From a virus, in IMG/VR virus record IMGVR_UViG_3300045988_111434, positions 1 through 15,563 of that record: a DNA stretch of 15,563 nucleotides; one strand, given 5' to 3'. Each line of letters begins with the position of its first letter. Positions within the stretch are counted from its first letter, which is position 1. A program made the translations under genes and the position numbers. Positions 14,451-15,563 of this stretch are shown here, one piece after another. The notes beneath the pieces are model-generated. The model was not told the DNA's origin and did not search any database. It saw nothing but the letters and a program-made list of their open reading frames with translations.

Positions 14451-15170
14451 TTATCCCTCCGTTATAATAGCCTTGAACCCCGCACTCTCAAGTGCTACTA
14501 ACAAATTGTGCGCATTTTCGAGATTGTGGAAAGCGCCCTTTTGATAGAGCACTGATACACGATAAATTTTATTCGTATCAGACTTTTCTGCTACATCTAA
14601 TTCATCATCCGGCATTGACGGTTCGTTCGTTGACACTGTAATGCAACGCTTCCCAGTGATACCGTAAACAATAGCCGCCGCCATTTCCTCTGAATTATAT
14701 AGTGATACGTCTTTATCAGACGACACAAAGCAACACTCAATTAGCATAGCCGGCGCGCTTGTACGCCGTAAAAACGCAAGCTTACTGTTTGTTTTAACTC
14801 CACGATTGCGAAAACCAAGTGAGCATATAGCATTTAAAGTTTCCCTTGCAGTGCTTACTGCTTGTGACCTGTCGGAGTATACATATACTTCTGCCCCGCT
14901 TGCCTGCGCGTTAGACGCAGAATTAAAATGAATTGATACATCCAAGTCAACTTTGTGTACGTTGCATTTTCTAATAATACGATTTAGTACATCGGATTGA
15001 GATATACCATCTTCTACCGTACAATCATATACAGTATGACCCATACGTCGTAATTCGTCCACCACTAAGTCTTTGACGCGTCTATTTTCAATCGACTCTG
15101 AAATAAGACCCACTGCACCACAAGCTACCTTTCCGTGCGGGTTATGCCCCGCGTGTACATTGATTACCAT
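14451..15170 (-). CDS. N-acetylmuramoyl-L-alanine amidase (Amidase_3) endolysin with a short SPOR-like C-terminal module
   Basis: Motifs are NVHAGHN...E...GH.V...DLDVSIHFNS...GAEVYVYS...RNRGVK...APAMLIECCF, resembling clostridial phage Amidase_3 endolysins and CwlC. The C-terminal IYRVSV..GAFHNLENAHNLLVALESAGFKAII resembles a SPOR repeat. SD AAGAGAGGAAAAATAA. Confidence 0.8.
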   Translation of the reverse strand: MVINVHAGHNPHGKVACGAVGLISESIENRRVKDLVVDELRRMGHTVYDCTVEDGISQSDVLNRIIRKCNVHKVDLDVSIHFNSASNAQASGAEVYVYSDRSQAVSTARETLNAICSLGFRNRGVKTNSKLAFLRRTSAPAMLIECCFVSSDKDVSLYNSEEMAAAIVYGITGKRCITVSTNEPSMPDDELDVAEKSDTNKIYRVSVLYQKGAFHNLENAHNLLVALESAGFKAIITEG

Positions 15171-15190
15171 TTATTTTTCCTCTCTTTCTG

Positions 15191-15216
15191 ATAGACTATT
15201 TCTATCTATAGTCTAT
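15191..15216. promoter_or_regulatory. Operator-like inverted repeat ATAGACTAT - 8 nt - ATAGTCTAT overlapping the -10 and start region of the right-end promoter
   Basis: 9-bp perfect arms at 15191..15199 and 15208..15216. The inner arm overlaps the -10 hexamer by 2 nt. Confidence 0.45.
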
Positions 15217-15243
15217 TATAAACATAGAGTATAATTTTGTCAA
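15215..15243 (-). promoter_or_regulatory. Perfect consensus sigma-A promoter TTGACA - 17 nt - TATAAT driving the early operon
   Basis: The minus strand reads TTGACAAAATTATACTCTATGTTTATAAT (-35 at 15238..15243, -10 at 15215..15220). It lies 20 nt inside the right ITR boundary and 45 nt upstream of the endolysin ATG. Confidence 0.7.
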
Positions 15244-15262
15244 TCAGAACTTGTGTTTGTAT

Positions 15263-15563
15263 TAGTTATCCACACCAAACAAGTGTTCGATAGTGTTCGC
15301 CCACCAAAGACAGGTTGTGTCCGCGGTGGACGGACACTTTTTGTTTGAATTGTATATACAATTATGATAAATTGTTCTATTGTCTGATTCTAATAAAATC
15401 AATGGTAAAAGTGCATAAAATTTTGGTGTATGTTTGTGCAATATTACTATTGACATCTTATGTTCTATCAAGTTTTCCGTAGCGAATTTAATATCTGAAA
15501 ATCGAACAAGTGTTTGTATTTTTGGGGAAAACAGTGTCCGTCCTGTACGGACTATGTAACTTT
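15263..15563. repeat. Right inverted terminal repeat (ITR), 301 bp
   Basis: Reverse complement of 1..301. It ends exactly at the window end, which implies a complete linear replicon. Confidence 0.95.

Noticed and set aside
1-15563. Genome-wide stop-codon recoding (TAA or TAG read as sense), suggested by the UUA tRNA
   Set aside because: Under the standard code all 17 ORFs are intact and full-length relative to their phi29 homologues. Each is followed within a few nucleotides by an SD and the start of the next gene. No gene is split by an in-frame TAA or TAG, so the phage is not recoded.

Overview
This window appears to be a complete linear genome (15,563 bp) of a small phi29-like, protein-primed podophage (Picovirinae/Salasmaviridae type). 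Perfect 301-bp inverted terminal repeats sit exactly at both window ends, and the termini start 5'-AAAGT as in phi29. All 17 supported protein genes and one tRNA are on the minus strand, tightly packed, each with a Shine-Dalgarno site. Read right to left there are three blocks. (1) A consensus sigma-A promoter with an operator-like inverted repeat drives an early operon: Amidase_3 endolysin, an 85-aa protein, a putative terminal protein, and a family-B protein-primed DNA polymerase. (2) A second consensus promoter lies inside a 122-bp tandem-repeat leader and is followed by three small early genes, one of them SSB-like. (3) A 333-nt noncoding gap with a long RNA helix is followed by holin, tRNA, gp16-like packaging ATPase, a peptidoglycan hydrolase with Ig-like domains, scaffold, a gp8-like capsid protein, gp9-like tail knob, gp10-like connector, lower collar, tail fibre and one more tail protein. 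The holin and endolysin types suggest a Clostridia-class Firmicute host. The main observations worth a second look are: (a) four copies of the host-chromosome parS (ParB/Spo0J) palindrome, three of them perfect and one embedded in frame in the polymerase gene; (b) a canonical tRNA with anticodon UUA, a predicted ochre suppressor with tRNA-Gln-like identity elements, in a genome where 13 of 17 genes stop at TAA and none at TGA; (c) a 116-nt extended RNA helix upstream of the holin; (d) a tandemly repeated promoter/leader carrying two identical 19-codon mini-ORFs; (e) an endolysin placed first in the early operon, far from the holin. All homology calls come from remembered motifs and phi29 protein sequences; no database search was possible.
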